From: an uncultured Chloroflexia bacterium
GTDB lineage: Bacteria > Chloroflexota > Anaerolineae > Anaerolineales > Anaerolineaceae
NCBI GenBank assembly: GCA_963704755.1
Contig: OY969938.1
Span: 3,450,001 to 3,482,000, forward strand
Reading direction: 5' to 3'
Length of the DNA stretch: 32,000 nt
Of the stretch, positions 22,859-30,634 are shown one piece after another. The notes beneath the pieces were generated by a model. The model did not search any database. It saw only the letters and a list, made by a program, of their open reading frames with translations, and was not told the origin of the DNA. The position numbers were made by a program, and so were the translations under genes. How positions within the stretch are numbered: the stretch's first letter is position 1; each line of letters begins with the position of its first letter.

Positions 22859-23599
22859 ATGTCTGACCATGACGAACGCCAGCAACAGATTCTGGATGCG
22901 GCCGCAGCCGTCATCATCCGCCTGGGATATGACAAGACCACCATGAGCGATATTGCCGGGGCTGCCGCCGCAAGTCGCAGGACCGTCTACCTGTATTTCA
23001 AGGGAAAAGAGGAACTGTTCGAGGCGCTCCTCTACCGCGAATATCTGCAGTACGCCCAAATCTGGCTGGAACAGATCGATGCGGACCCGCGCGGTGGGAC
23101 GATCGGGGGGTTCTACCGGGCGATCTTTCACGCCGTGAACCGTTGTCCCTTGATCGCTGCTGTGCAACGCCGCGACCAGCGTGTGCTCGGTAATTACCTG
23201 CGCAAGCGGGATAACATTTTTACGCAAATGGTGTCCGGGGTCAATACGGTCGCTTTCTTTCAGGCGCTGCAAGCGGCCGGGGCGATTCGCCAGGATATCG
23301 ATGCGGCAGTGATCCTGCACGTCGTCGAGATACTCTCCTATGGCCAGTTGACCATCGGCGATTTCAAACCGGCTGACCAGTTTCCCCCCTATGATGCGGT
23401 CATGGCGGCATTGGCCGACATGATGGACCGCGCGCTGGCCCCGCAAAGTGACGGACCGGGAGGTGGCGGAACCGGCGCCCACAACGAGGCCGGCAAAGAA
23501 CTCGTCCGCCAAATTACCGATGCAGCGCGGACGCAACTAGAACAGATCAAACAGGAACGGGAACGAAGTTCCCAATTATACGAAGAAGACCATACTTAA
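22859..23599 (+). CDS. TetR/AcrR family transcriptional regulator
   Basis: ILDAAAAVIIRLGYDKTTMSDIAGAAAASRRTVYLYFKGKEELF is the TetR helix-turn-helix. ATG 22859 is preferred, with GAGG 7 nt upstream. The upstream part of the track ORF runs through the promoter. Confidence 0.85.
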   Translation: MSDHDERQQQILDAAAAVIIRLGYDKTTMSDIAGAAAASRRTVYLYFKGKEELFEALLYREYLQYAQIWLEQIDADPRGGTIGGFYRAIFHAVNRCPLIAAVQRRDQRVLGNYLRKRDNIFTQMVSGVNTVAFFQALQAAGAIRQDIDAAVILHVVEILSYGQLTIGDFKPADQFPPYDAVMAALADMMDRALAPQSDGPGGGGTGAHNEAGKELVRQITDAARTQLEQIKQERERSSQLYEEDHT

Positions 23600-24444
23600 T
23601 GGAGCAACCCATGACAACCGATAAGATCCAATTTACCAAAGAAAAAGAAACCATGCTCATGACCCTGAGCGGTCGAGCGCTGCAGAGCCAGTGGAAAGAC
23701 CCTATCTTGCGCGATCCCTGGGCGGAAGATGCCATGCGGCATATCGATTACGACATAAGTAAGGCCTACAAGGGAGTGGGCTCGTGGAGCTTCTGGGGCG
23801 CGATCGGATGTACCATCATCGCCACGCGCGCCGCAACCTTCGACCTGCTCACGAATCGTTTTCTGGCCGATCACCCGGACGCAGTCGTCCTGCAGGTGGG
23901 CTGCGGAATGGACAGCCGCGTTTACCGGATCAACCCGCCGGCCGGCGTGCAGTGGTACGACGTGGATTACCCGGACGTGATCGACCTGCGCCGCCAACTG
24001 TTCCCTGAACGGGAGGCTTATCACCTGATCGGCGCACCGCTGGATGATTTGGGTTGGCTGGACGAGGTCCCGCGGGACCGGCCCGGGCTGCTGATCGCCG
24101 AGGGGGTGCTGCACTACCTGAACGAAGCGGAAGTGAAAGCGCTGCTCAATGGGGTGGTGGCTCACTTTACAGGCGGGCAGATGGTCTTCGACATCTGCAA
24201 TTCGATGATTGTGAAACGGACAGGCGCGAACGTTGGGGGCACGGGCGCAACCTATAAATGGGGTCTGGACGATCCCCAGGACATCCGCCGGCTCGAGCCG
24301 GAGCTTGACCTGATCAAGGAGTTCAGGCCCAGCGAACAGGTCGCATTTTCTCGATTCCCCTTATGGTGGAAGGCCCTGTATCGCGTGCAAGAGCTCGTCC
24401 CCACCCTGCGCAGGATGGAACGCATGCTAATCTATCGCTATTAA
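23599..24444 (+). CDS. Class I SAM-dependent methyltransferase (TcmP / leucine carboxyl methyltransferase-like)
   Basis: VVLQVGCGMDSR (motif I), YDVDYPDVIDLRR and LLIAEGVLHYL fit the COG3315-type O-methyltransferases. The ATG overlaps the TetR stop (TAATG). Confidence 0.75.
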   Translation: MEQPMTTDKIQFTKEKETMLMTLSGRALQSQWKDPILRDPWAEDAMRHIDYDISKAYKGVGSWSFWGAIGCTIIATRAATFDLLTNRFLADHPDAVVLQVGCGMDSRVYRINPPAGVQWYDVDYPDVIDLRRQLFPEREAYHLIGAPLDDLGWLDEVPRDRPGLLIAEGVLHYLNEAEVKALLNGVVAHFTGGQMVFDICNSMIVKRTGANVGGTGATYKWGLDDPQDIRRLEPELDLIKEFRPSEQVAFSRFPLWWKALYRVQELVPTLRRMERMLIYRY

Positions 24445-24460
24445 GTCAGGCTCCCTAAAA

Positions 24461-24582
24461 AGAGCTTGTTGGAAAAGTCATTTTTCAACAAAAGTGATGG
24501 GAGAGATGTGGTCGGACGGCGAAGCCGTCCGACCACATCTCTCCTAAATTCTTAAAGGACAGGGTGTTTTTCAACACCCTCC
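24461..24582 (+). repeat. MITE-like element, family D, copy 2
   Basis: The ends AGAGCTTGTTGGAAAAG and GTGTTTTTCAACACCCTCC are imperfect terminal inverted repeats. The central hairpin at 24500-24544 has a perfect 21-bp stem capped by GCGAAGC. Length and layout match copy 1. Confidence 0.8.
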
Positions 24583-24631
24583 TGAAAAACCAGGGCAGCT
24601 TCGGTATGGCCACGTTGGGGAAACGCCAATT

Positions 24632-24655
24632 AGAGGCGCACTGCGGTGCGCCTCT
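24632..24655. repeat. 10-bp stem hairpin AGAGGCGCAC tgcg GTGCGCCTCT
   Basis: Read directly from the sequence. A partial match, GACTGCGGTGCGCC, occurs near 11270. Confidence 0.6.
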
Positions 24656-24712
24656 ACAAAGAGGCTTTGGCCTGGCCGGTCAAACCGGGCAACAAACCCA
24701 CAAATTCCGGAA

Positions 24713-25144
24713 CTATGAGAGGTTGTAGCGGTACAGGTTGGACTGGCGCTGCTCGAACCCGACCCGCTGGTAGAGCCGGTTAGCCGCGGCGCGGTTGGGG
24801 CGGGAGGTCAAATCGACCGTCTTGGCGCCCAGCTCGCGGGCACGGTCGATGGCGGCGCGGGTCAGCGCTTCGCCGATGCCCTTGCCGCGGGCAGCTTCAT
24901 CCACCACCACGTCCTCGATCCAGGAGCGCACCCCGGTCGGAATGCGGAAAGTGACCAGGGTCAATGCGCCTAAAATCAAACCGCCCTGGTCCGGGTCGCG
25001 GGCGATCAACAGCGATTCATTGTCGGCGATTTCCTGGATTTCAGCCCGGTTAGGAACCCTGGCGGAAGTGCTCAGTTGCGGGACGAGGCGGTTGAAGGCC
25101 GCTTCGATTTCGTCAGTAACCTGGTCAACAAGTGTAATTTCCAT
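24713..25144 (-). CDS. GNAT family N-acetyltransferase
   Basis: IEDVVVDEAARGKGIGEALTRAAIDRARELGAKTVDLTS contains the Q/RxxGxG/A acetyl-CoA loop. The protein is 143 aa. Confidence 0.85.
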   Translation of the reverse strand: MEITLVDQVTDEIEAAFNRLVPQLSTSARVPNRAEIQEIADNESLLIARDPDQGGLILGALTLVTFRIPTGVRSWIEDVVVDEAARGKGIGEALTRAAIDRARELGAKTVDLTSRPNRAAANRLYQRVGFEQRQSNLYRYNLS

Positions 25145-25246
25145 GGATATTTCCTGTTTTTGCGGATTTGAAGGGAACAGACCGGGGGGTAGGCTCCGGC
25201 ACTGCTTCTATTTTAACGCGCCTGTGGCGAAATGGGCCAGGGCCGG

Positions 25247-26233
25247 TTACCCCAGCCATAACCGCCGGGAGAATTCCTCCAGGCTGGATGCGGCCAGCAG
25301 CTCCGGCCGGCATTGGGCCAGGCCGGCGAACACGTCGAAGCCGTGGCACAGGGCCGTGCAGGTGGCTTTGCGCGCAAACAGCGGATCGCTGCGCAGGCCG
25401 GTGCCCAGCCCGTCCAGAAAAGCGGCGATCCAGGCGGGATTGGCGGCGCACAGGCCCAGACCCACTGCGGCCAGTTCGTAATACACGCTGCCGGTCATGC
25501 CGTCGCCAAAATCGATCAGCATTTCGGGCGTCCAGCCCTGGTCGCCGCTCCGCCCGACCAGGTGCTCGCAGGTCAGGTCGGCGTGGATCCAGTGCGGTTT
25601 TTCGCCCGGTGCAAAGAGTTGCTGGACGGGTAAAAGGAAGTCCGGGATCTGCTTGATCAGGTGCCGGGGCAGCGAACCCCGCTGCAACTGGCGGGATGGG
25701 CAGCCGGCAGCCTGCTTCTCCAAAAACGCCAGGTAGGAATCCCAGTTTGGCGGGAACAGGGGCTCATCCGCCGGGGAGAGGTTATGCAAGAGCCCCGCTT
25801 GCTGGCCGGCCCAGCGGATAGCCGCGGCTGCCTGCTCGGGAGATAATTTACTACGCACGGCGCAAAAACTTTGCCCGTTCAGGTAAGGGTAGATCAAAAA
25901 GGGCCAGGGCCAGCAGCTTCCCAACGGGAAAAGCTCTCCGCTGGCCAGCGGTACCGGGGCGGGAAAGTCGCCGGCGGAAAAAGCGCGCGCAAAGGCCGTT
26001 TCGGCCTCAAAACTGCGCCCGCCATCCAGCAGGCGGCCGAAAAATTTGATCACGAAAAGGTCGTTGGCGACAAAAACAGGAAAGCTCCCTGCCGGTCGGG
26101 CGGCGGAGACAGTTTCGACCCGCACGTCGAGGGTCCGCTTGAGGGCTTTGGTTACGTACGGCTCCCATACCGCGACGTCGCTGAAATGGTCCCGGTAATA
26201 GTCGGGTTCTTCGAATTCGGCGAACGGGATCAT
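25247..26233 (-). CDS. Aminoglycoside phosphotransferase-like (APH/choline kinase fold) kinase
   Basis: WIHADLTCEHLV is the catalytic-loop HxD and LIDFGDG the DFG-like metal-binding motif. The start overlaps the upstream PPOX gene by 4 nt. Confidence 0.75.
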   Translation of the reverse strand: MIPFAEFEEPDYYRDHFSDVAVWEPYVTKALKRTLDVRVETVSAARPAGSFPVFVANDLFVIKFFGRLLDGGRSFEAETAFARAFSAGDFPAPVPLASGELFPLGSCWPWPFLIYPYLNGQSFCAVRSKLSPEQAAAAIRWAGQQAGLLHNLSPADEPLFPPNWDSYLAFLEKQAAGCPSRQLQRGSLPRHLIKQIPDFLLPVQQLFAPGEKPHWIHADLTCEHLVGRSGDQGWTPEMLIDFGDGMTGSVYYELAAVGLGLCAANPAWIAAFLDGLGTGLRSDPLFARKATCTALCHGFDVFAGLAQCRPELLAASSLEEFSRRLWLG

Positions 26234-26736
26234 GGCTGGGGTTGGAACCTCCAGCGGGTGGCGTCGTTGGGAAAGCTCTTTTCGGTCCAGGCCATGGCTT
26301 TGAGCGGGTGCAGCACGAAAGTGACATCACTCGACCGGGCAGTAGGATCGAAATAGTAGCCGGGATATTTGATGTTGTAGGCCCTGGCCATATCTGCCAG
26401 ACGGTCCGGGTCTTTTTCTTCCTGGATCAGGCCTTCCAGGATGACCACCTCATCCCCGCTTTCGAGATGGATGACGACCTGCGGGTTGGCCGCCAGGTTG
26501 CGGGCCTTGAGCGAATCGCGGTCGGTGGCGAAGTACAGGCTGCCGGCCACCCAGACACACCAGACCGGCATGGCGTGCGGGCGGCCATCCGGGCGGCTCG
26601 AACAAATCCAATAATTCCTTGATTTTTCCAGGTGGTCTTCCACCCAGTCCCATTTGATTTTCGCCTCGGTGTCGGCTTGCAGGCCGTATCCCGCGGGCAT
26701 GTCTGGCGTATCGGTTTTGCTTAAATTGGTGGGCAT
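26230..26736 (-). CDS. Pyridoxamine 5-prime-phosphate oxidase family (split-barrel flavin/F420-binding) protein
   Basis: YWICSSRPDGRPHAMPVWCVWVAGSLYFATDRDSLKARNLAANPQVVIHLESGDEVVILEG is typical of the PPOX-like fold. ATG 26736 is preferred, with GGAGG 10 nt upstream. Confidence 0.75.
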   Translation of the reverse strand: MPTNLSKTDTPDMPAGYGLQADTEAKIKWDWVEDHLEKSRNYWICSSRPDGRPHAMPVWCVWVAGSLYFATDRDSLKARNLAANPQVVIHLESGDEVVILEGLIQEEKDPDRLADMARAYNIKYPGYYFDPTARSSDVTFVLHPLKAMAWTEKSFPNDATRWRFQPQP

Positions 26737-26897
26737 GTGAAATTGTCCTCCAGTGATGGGTGAGAAAAGGATTGATATCTGTGAACCACTTGAATTAATG
26801 GTCACGGTTTAGCTGATCGCGAAAGGCGTTTCAATTTCGATAAGCCTGTATTGTTAGGCTAACTATAGCATAAAGAAGATAAATTTAATTTACAGGT

Positions 26898-27007
26898 AGC
26901 TGCTCAGCCAAGCGGGGAAGAAACCCGAATTTGAGGTGCGTGCGGGGGCGGAGCCCCCGCACGCACCTCAAATTCGGGAACTTCTTAACAGGAGCCTAAA
27001 TAGTTAC
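26898..27007 (+). mobile_element. MITE-like hairpin element, family B, copy 2, flanked by a 10-bp direct repeat
   Basis: The hairpin at 26924-26978 has perfect 26-bp arms (CCCGAATTTGAGGTGCGTGCGGGGGC) and a GGA loop. ATTTACAGGT occurs at 26888-26897 and again at 27008-27017, on either side of the 110-bp element. Confidence 0.75.
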
Positions 27008-27051
27008 ATTTACAGGTTGTATATAAAGCACTTTGATTGTGGTACTGAATT

Positions 27052-27204
27052 ATGGTACTATACCTTTACAAGGGTAAAAAACATCGCAAAACCTTTGAAG
27101 CCATCCGTGATAAACCAGATCGAGTAGATATTGATTGGGAGGATTTTATCCAATTAATCGTCTATTTAGGTGCAGAGGTTAATCCTGGTGGTGGAGTGAA
27201 ATGA
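27052..27204 (+). pseudogene. Truncated HicA-like toxin ORF (N-terminal half only)
   Basis: Hand translation gives MVLYLYKGKKHRKTFEAIRDKPDRVDIDWEDFIQLIVYLGAEVNPGGGVK, then a stop. K-H-R-K-T-F-E-A-I ... I-D-W-x-D-F ... L-G-A-E matches, from recall, the first half of the ~85-aa toxins encoded upstream of this HicB type. The stop lies 1 nt before the hicB ATG, so the C-terminal half has no room. Confidence 0.45.
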
Positions 27205-27205
27205 G

Positions 27206-27532
27206 ATGTTAAAGTATAGAGGCTATTCTGGAATCGTAGAATACGATTCCAAGGGGAAAATTTTTACCGGTGAAGTTATTGGGCTTCACTCTGTAATCAC
27301 TTTTCACGGCAGGACACCGGAAGAAATCGAAGAATCATTCCGGCAATCAATTGATTTATATATACAAATGTGCGAAGCGGACGGCGTAACGCCGGAAAAA
27401 CCCTATTCTGGGCGTTTCAATGTGCGCATATCCCCTGAACTTCATCATGATATTGCCGAGCGGGCTGCCTTGGATCGAAAAAGCCTTAACGAATGGGTCG
27501 TCAATGCTTTTGAAAAGGCAATTCATTCATAA
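27206..27532 (+). CDS. hicB: HicB family antitoxin
   Basis: MLKYRGYSGIVEYDSKGKIFTGEVIGLHSVITFHGRTPEEIEESFRQSIDLYIQMCE is the HicB N-terminal fold. The C-terminal FNVRISPELHHDIAERAALDRKSLNEWV is a ribbon-helix-helix DNA-binding tail. Confidence 0.85.
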   Translation: MLKYRGYSGIVEYDSKGKIFTGEVIGLHSVITFHGRTPEEIEESFRQSIDLYIQMCEADGVTPEKPYSGRFNVRISPELHHDIAERAALDRKSLNEWVVNAFEKAIHS

Positions 27533-27555
27533 AAATGTCTGACTACCTGGGCTTA

Positions 27556-27640
27556 TGTTAAGAGATCTCTAATTTGAGGTATTTGCGGGGGCGAAGTCCC
27601 CGCAAATACCTCAAATTAGTTTTTTGCCCCATAGGTTGAG
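27556..27640 (-). repeat. MITE/REP-like hairpin element, family B, copy 3 (inverted)
   Basis: CTAATTTGAGGTATTTGCGGGG (27569-27590) pairs perfectly with CCCCGCAAATACCTCAAATTAG (27598-27619), with loop GCGAAGT. Its flanks match the reverse complement of the copy 2 flanks. Confidence 0.75.
27569..27625 (+). terminator. Family B hairpin followed by a T-run, likely terminating hicB
   Basis: A perfect 22-bp stem is followed by TTTTTT (27620-27625), 37 nt after the hicB stop. Confidence 0.6.
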
Positions 27641-27663
27641 CGGTTACAAAATTAAAATACTTT

Positions 27664-28057
27664 AATCCGATTTGCCGGTCTCCAGGCCAATTCAAGAATC
27701 CCCCCTTCCCCCCTTGCGGAGGCTGTGAAGAATATCCAGACAAGCTGGTGTTGCCATGGATGAACCGGGTAAGCAGGGATTTGTCGTGTATCGATAATTC
27801 TTCACAGCCTCCAAGGGGGGTATCAACTGCCCGTTTGCCGGCTTCTTGCCCCCCTTGTGGAAGCTGTGAAGAATAACCAGACAAATCGGTGTTGCCATGG
27901 ATTAACCGGGTATGCAGGGATTCGTCGTGGATCGAAAATTCTTCACAGCCTCCAAGGGGGGTATCAACTGCCCGTTTGCCGGCTTCTTGCCCCCCTTGAA
28001 AAAGGGGGGAAGGGGGGATTTTTACACCGCCCAGAGCGGAGCCTCGAAAGCAAATCA
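27664..28057 (+). repeat. Nested-hairpin element, family E, two tandem 141-nt units inside an outer 17-bp stem
   Basis: The outer stem pairs AATCCCCCCTTCCCCCC (27697-27713) with GGGGGGAAGGGGGGATT (28004-28020). Unit arms are 27708-27733 / 27797-27820 and 27849-27874 / 27938-27961 (GGAGGCTGTGAAGAAT ... ATTCTTCACAGCCTCC). The flanks are homologous to the inverted 11.5 kb copy. Confidence 0.85.
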
Positions 28058-28074
28058 ATCAACACATCGTAATG

Positions 28075-28106
28075 ACAAAAAAAGGGCTGCCAATCAGGCA
28101 GCCCTT
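28075..28106 (-). terminator. Intrinsic terminator of serC
   Basis: On the minus strand, AAGGGCTGCC tgatt GGCAGCCCTT is followed by TTTTTTT. It lies 24 nt after the serC stop. Confidence 0.85.
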
Positions 28107-28129
28107 GATCTTCTTCATCAGCCGGGGAA

Positions 28130-29197
28130 CTAGTGGTTGGCTTCGAAATCCTGCATGCAATCCACCAGGGCCTGCACGCCGTCCAACCCCATGGCGTTGT
28201 ACAGCGAGGCGCGGAACCCGCCCACCGAGCGATGGCCCTTGACGCCGACCATGCCCTTGGCTTTGGCGTACTCGCCGAACTCGGCTTCCAGGTTTTCGTA
28301 ACCGGGGGCCATGACGAAGCACACGTTCATGCGCGAGCGGTCCTCGACGGCGACCGTGCCGACGAACAACTTGTTGCGGTCGATCTCGTTGTAGAGCAGC
28401 TCGGCTTTGGCCTTGTTGCGTGTTTCCATGCCTGCCACGCCACCGTTGGCCTTCAGCCAGCGCAAAGTCAGCAGGCCGGCATAAATGACCACTACCGGCG
28501 GGGTGTTGTAGAGCGAATTGCTCTTGATGTGGGTGCGGAAATCTACCATGGCCGGCAGTTGGCGTTTGACCTTGCCCAGCAGTTCGTCACGGATGATCGC
28601 GAAGGTCACCCCGGCCGGGGCCAGGTTCTTTTGCGCACCGCCGTAGATCATGCCGTACTTCGAGACGTCCACCGGGCGGGAGAAAATATCCGAGGACATA
28701 TCCGCCACCAGCGGTACCGGGGAATCCATGTCTGTGCGCAGTTCGGTGCCGAAGATGGTGTTGTTGGTGGTAATATGGAAATAATCTGCGTCTGCGGGAA
28801 TGGTGTAGCCTTTGGGAATATAGGTATAATTTTTGTCTTTCGAAGATGCAACAACCTGGACTTCGCCGAACAAGCCGGCCTCTTTGGCTGCTTTCTCGGC
28901 CCAGGTGCCGGTCAGCAAGTAGGCCGCCTGGGTTTCCAAAAGATTGTATGGCACCTGGAAGAACAGCGTGCTGGCGCCACCGCCCACAAAGATGACCGAG
29001 TACCCGCTGGGGATGTTCAACAACTCTTTGAAAAGTGCTACCGATTCATCGACTACGGCTTCGAAGTCTTTACTGCGGTGGGAGATTTCCAGGATGGAAA
29101 GCCCACTCCCATTGAAGTTTTTCACAGCTTCGGCGGTTCCATCGATAGTTTCCTGGGGCAGGATGGAAGGTCCTGCATTGAAATTATATTTTTTCAT
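28130..29197 (-). CDS. serC: 3-phosphoserine/phosphohydroxythreonine aminotransferase
   Basis: [34 protein letters not shown] and the overall length are SerC-like. ATG 29197 is preferred over the track start at 29278. Confidence 0.9.
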   Translation of the reverse strand: MKKYNFNAGPSILPQETIDGTAEAVKNFNGSGLSILEISHRSKDFEAVVDESVALFKELLNIPSGYSVIFVGGGASTLFFQVPYNLLETQAAYLLTGTWAEKAAKEAGLFGEVQVVASSKDKNYTYIPKGYTIPADADYFHITTNNTIFGTELRTDMDSPVPLVADMSSDIFSRPVDVSKYGMIYGGAQKNLAPAGVTFAIIRDELLGKVKRQLPAMVDFRTHIKSNSLYNTPPVVVIYAGLLTLRWLKANGGVAGMETRNKAKAELLYNEIDRNKLFVGTVAVEDRSRMNVCFVMAPGYENLEAEFGEYAKAKGMVGVKGHRSVGGFRASLYNAMGLDGVQALVDCMQDFEANH

Positions 29198-29743
29198 TTG
29201 ATCCGTCCTTGGGAGGGAAATTCGACAACGAGAACCTGGCCATTTGCCGGCTCTCTCAATAAGAATATTATAGGGCAATCCCGGGCCAGCCGGAAGGTGA
29301 ATATTTTCCCGATTATATCATGATTTGTCAGACATTTCTTTACAGAGTAAAGCCAGGCTTAACGCTCCTGAGATGAAGCGATTTGCGATTTTCTGAGCGG
29401 CCAGATCGACCAGCCGGTAAATTCTGCCCGCGAGGATCATCCTTTATCCTACAAAGTGATGAATTTTCAGTTCAACCATGGATATATTTGACTTTGATTA
29501 TCACGATTGGTATGATTTAAAGAAAATCGTCACTGCTCACCGGGATTTTTTCTCCGCCTTTTTGGTTTTTGAGCAGGTTTTACAGTCGAGAAGGATCCAG
29601 GTTTCGCTCGAGCCGTTCACTTTCCCCCTGGTTTCTTCAATTTCTGTAACTGTTCAGGTCAACCCGCAAGAGCCCTCAAATTTGGGAACACCTTGCCAAG
29701 GCCTGATTGGTTACCAATTTCTTATTCGTCACCCGAGGTGGCC

Positions 29744-30634
29744 GTGGATGCTTCATCTACACCCGGTTTTCGCTTCCGACAGGCCCTCGAAGTAGAAAAA
29801 CCGCTCCAGGTTGTGGGGGTGATCAATGCGTACGCAGCATTGTTAGCTGAAAAAGCGGGGTACAGGGCCATTTATCTATCGGGCGGTGGGGTGGCCGCCG
29901 CTTCATTAGGTGTGCCCGACCTGGGCATAACCACCCTCGACGATGTGCTGACCGATGTGGACCGTATCACAGGCGCCTGCTCGCTGCCGCTGCTGGTCGA
30001 TGCGGATACCGGCTTTGGCAGCGCTTTCAATATTGCCCGCACGGTACGCTCGCTGGTCAAAGCTGGCGCGGCCGGCCTGCACATCGAGGATCAGGTGCAG
30101 GCTAAACGCTGCGGGCACCGCCCGGGCAAGGCGCTGGTGCCGCCGCAAGAGATGGTGGACCGGATCAAGGCAGCGGTGGATGCGCGCAGCGATCCGGGCT
30201 TTGTGATCATGGCTCGCACGGACGCCCTGGCGGTGGAAGACCAAAACGCCGCCATCGAGCGGGCAGTGGCCTACGTCCAGGCCGGCGCGGACATGATTTT
30301 CGCTGAGGCAGTGGAAGACCTGGACACCTACCGGGCCTTTGCCGAGGCAACCGGCGTGCCCATCCTGGCCAACATCACCGAATTTGGCAAAACGCCGCTG
30401 TTTTCAACCGGGGCATTGGCCAGTGCGGGGGTCAGCCTGGCACTTTACCCCCTGTCAGCTTTTCGGGCCATGAGCGCGGCGGCGCTGAGCGTTTACCAGA
30501 CCCTGCGGAAAGAAGGCAGCCAGGCCGGCACCCTGGAGCAAATGCAAACGCGGGCCGATTTGTACGATGTTCTCAATTACTACGCTTACGAAGAAAAGCT
30601 TGACCAACTCTTTGCAAGGGAGAAAATGGAATGA
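29744..30634 (+). CDS. prpB: 2-methylisocitrate lyase
   Basis: [30 protein letters not shown] and [16 protein letters not shown] are signatures of the isocitrate lyase/PEP mutase family, PrpB type. The start is uncertain: GTG 29744 (GAGG 5 nt upstream), GTG 29738 or TTG 29693. Confidence 0.85.
   Translation: MDASSTPGFRFRQALEVEKPLQVVGVINAYAALLAEKAGYRAIYLSGGGVAAASLGVPDLGITTLDDVLTDVDRITGACSLPLLVDADTGFGSAFNIARTVRSLVKAGAAGLHIEDQVQAKRCGHRPGKALVPPQEMVDRIKAAVDARSDPGFVIMARTDALAVEDQNAAIERAVAYVQAGADMIFAEAVEDLDTYRAFAEATGVPILANITEFGKTPLFSTGALASAGVSLALYPLSAFRAMSAAALSVYQTLRKEGSQAGTLEQMQTRADLYDVLNYYAYEEKLDQLFAREKME

Noticed and set aside
27558-28058. 166-aa minus-strand ORF with an internal 47-aa repeat (also the 65-aa ORF at 11450-11647)
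   Set aside because: The repeat is the translation of the 141-nt family E tandem unit. Between the 27.7 kb and 11.5 kb copies, only the residues encoded by the hairpin stems are conserved, while the loop-encoded part shows no amino-acid conservation. The ORF also reads through the family B hairpin. This is structure-level conservation, not coding.
29478-29795. 105-aa ORF in the serC-prpB divergent spacer
   Set aside because: It has no recognisable motifs, odd composition and no ribosome-binding site, and it overlaps the prpB start region in another frame. It was treated as non-coding promoter DNA.
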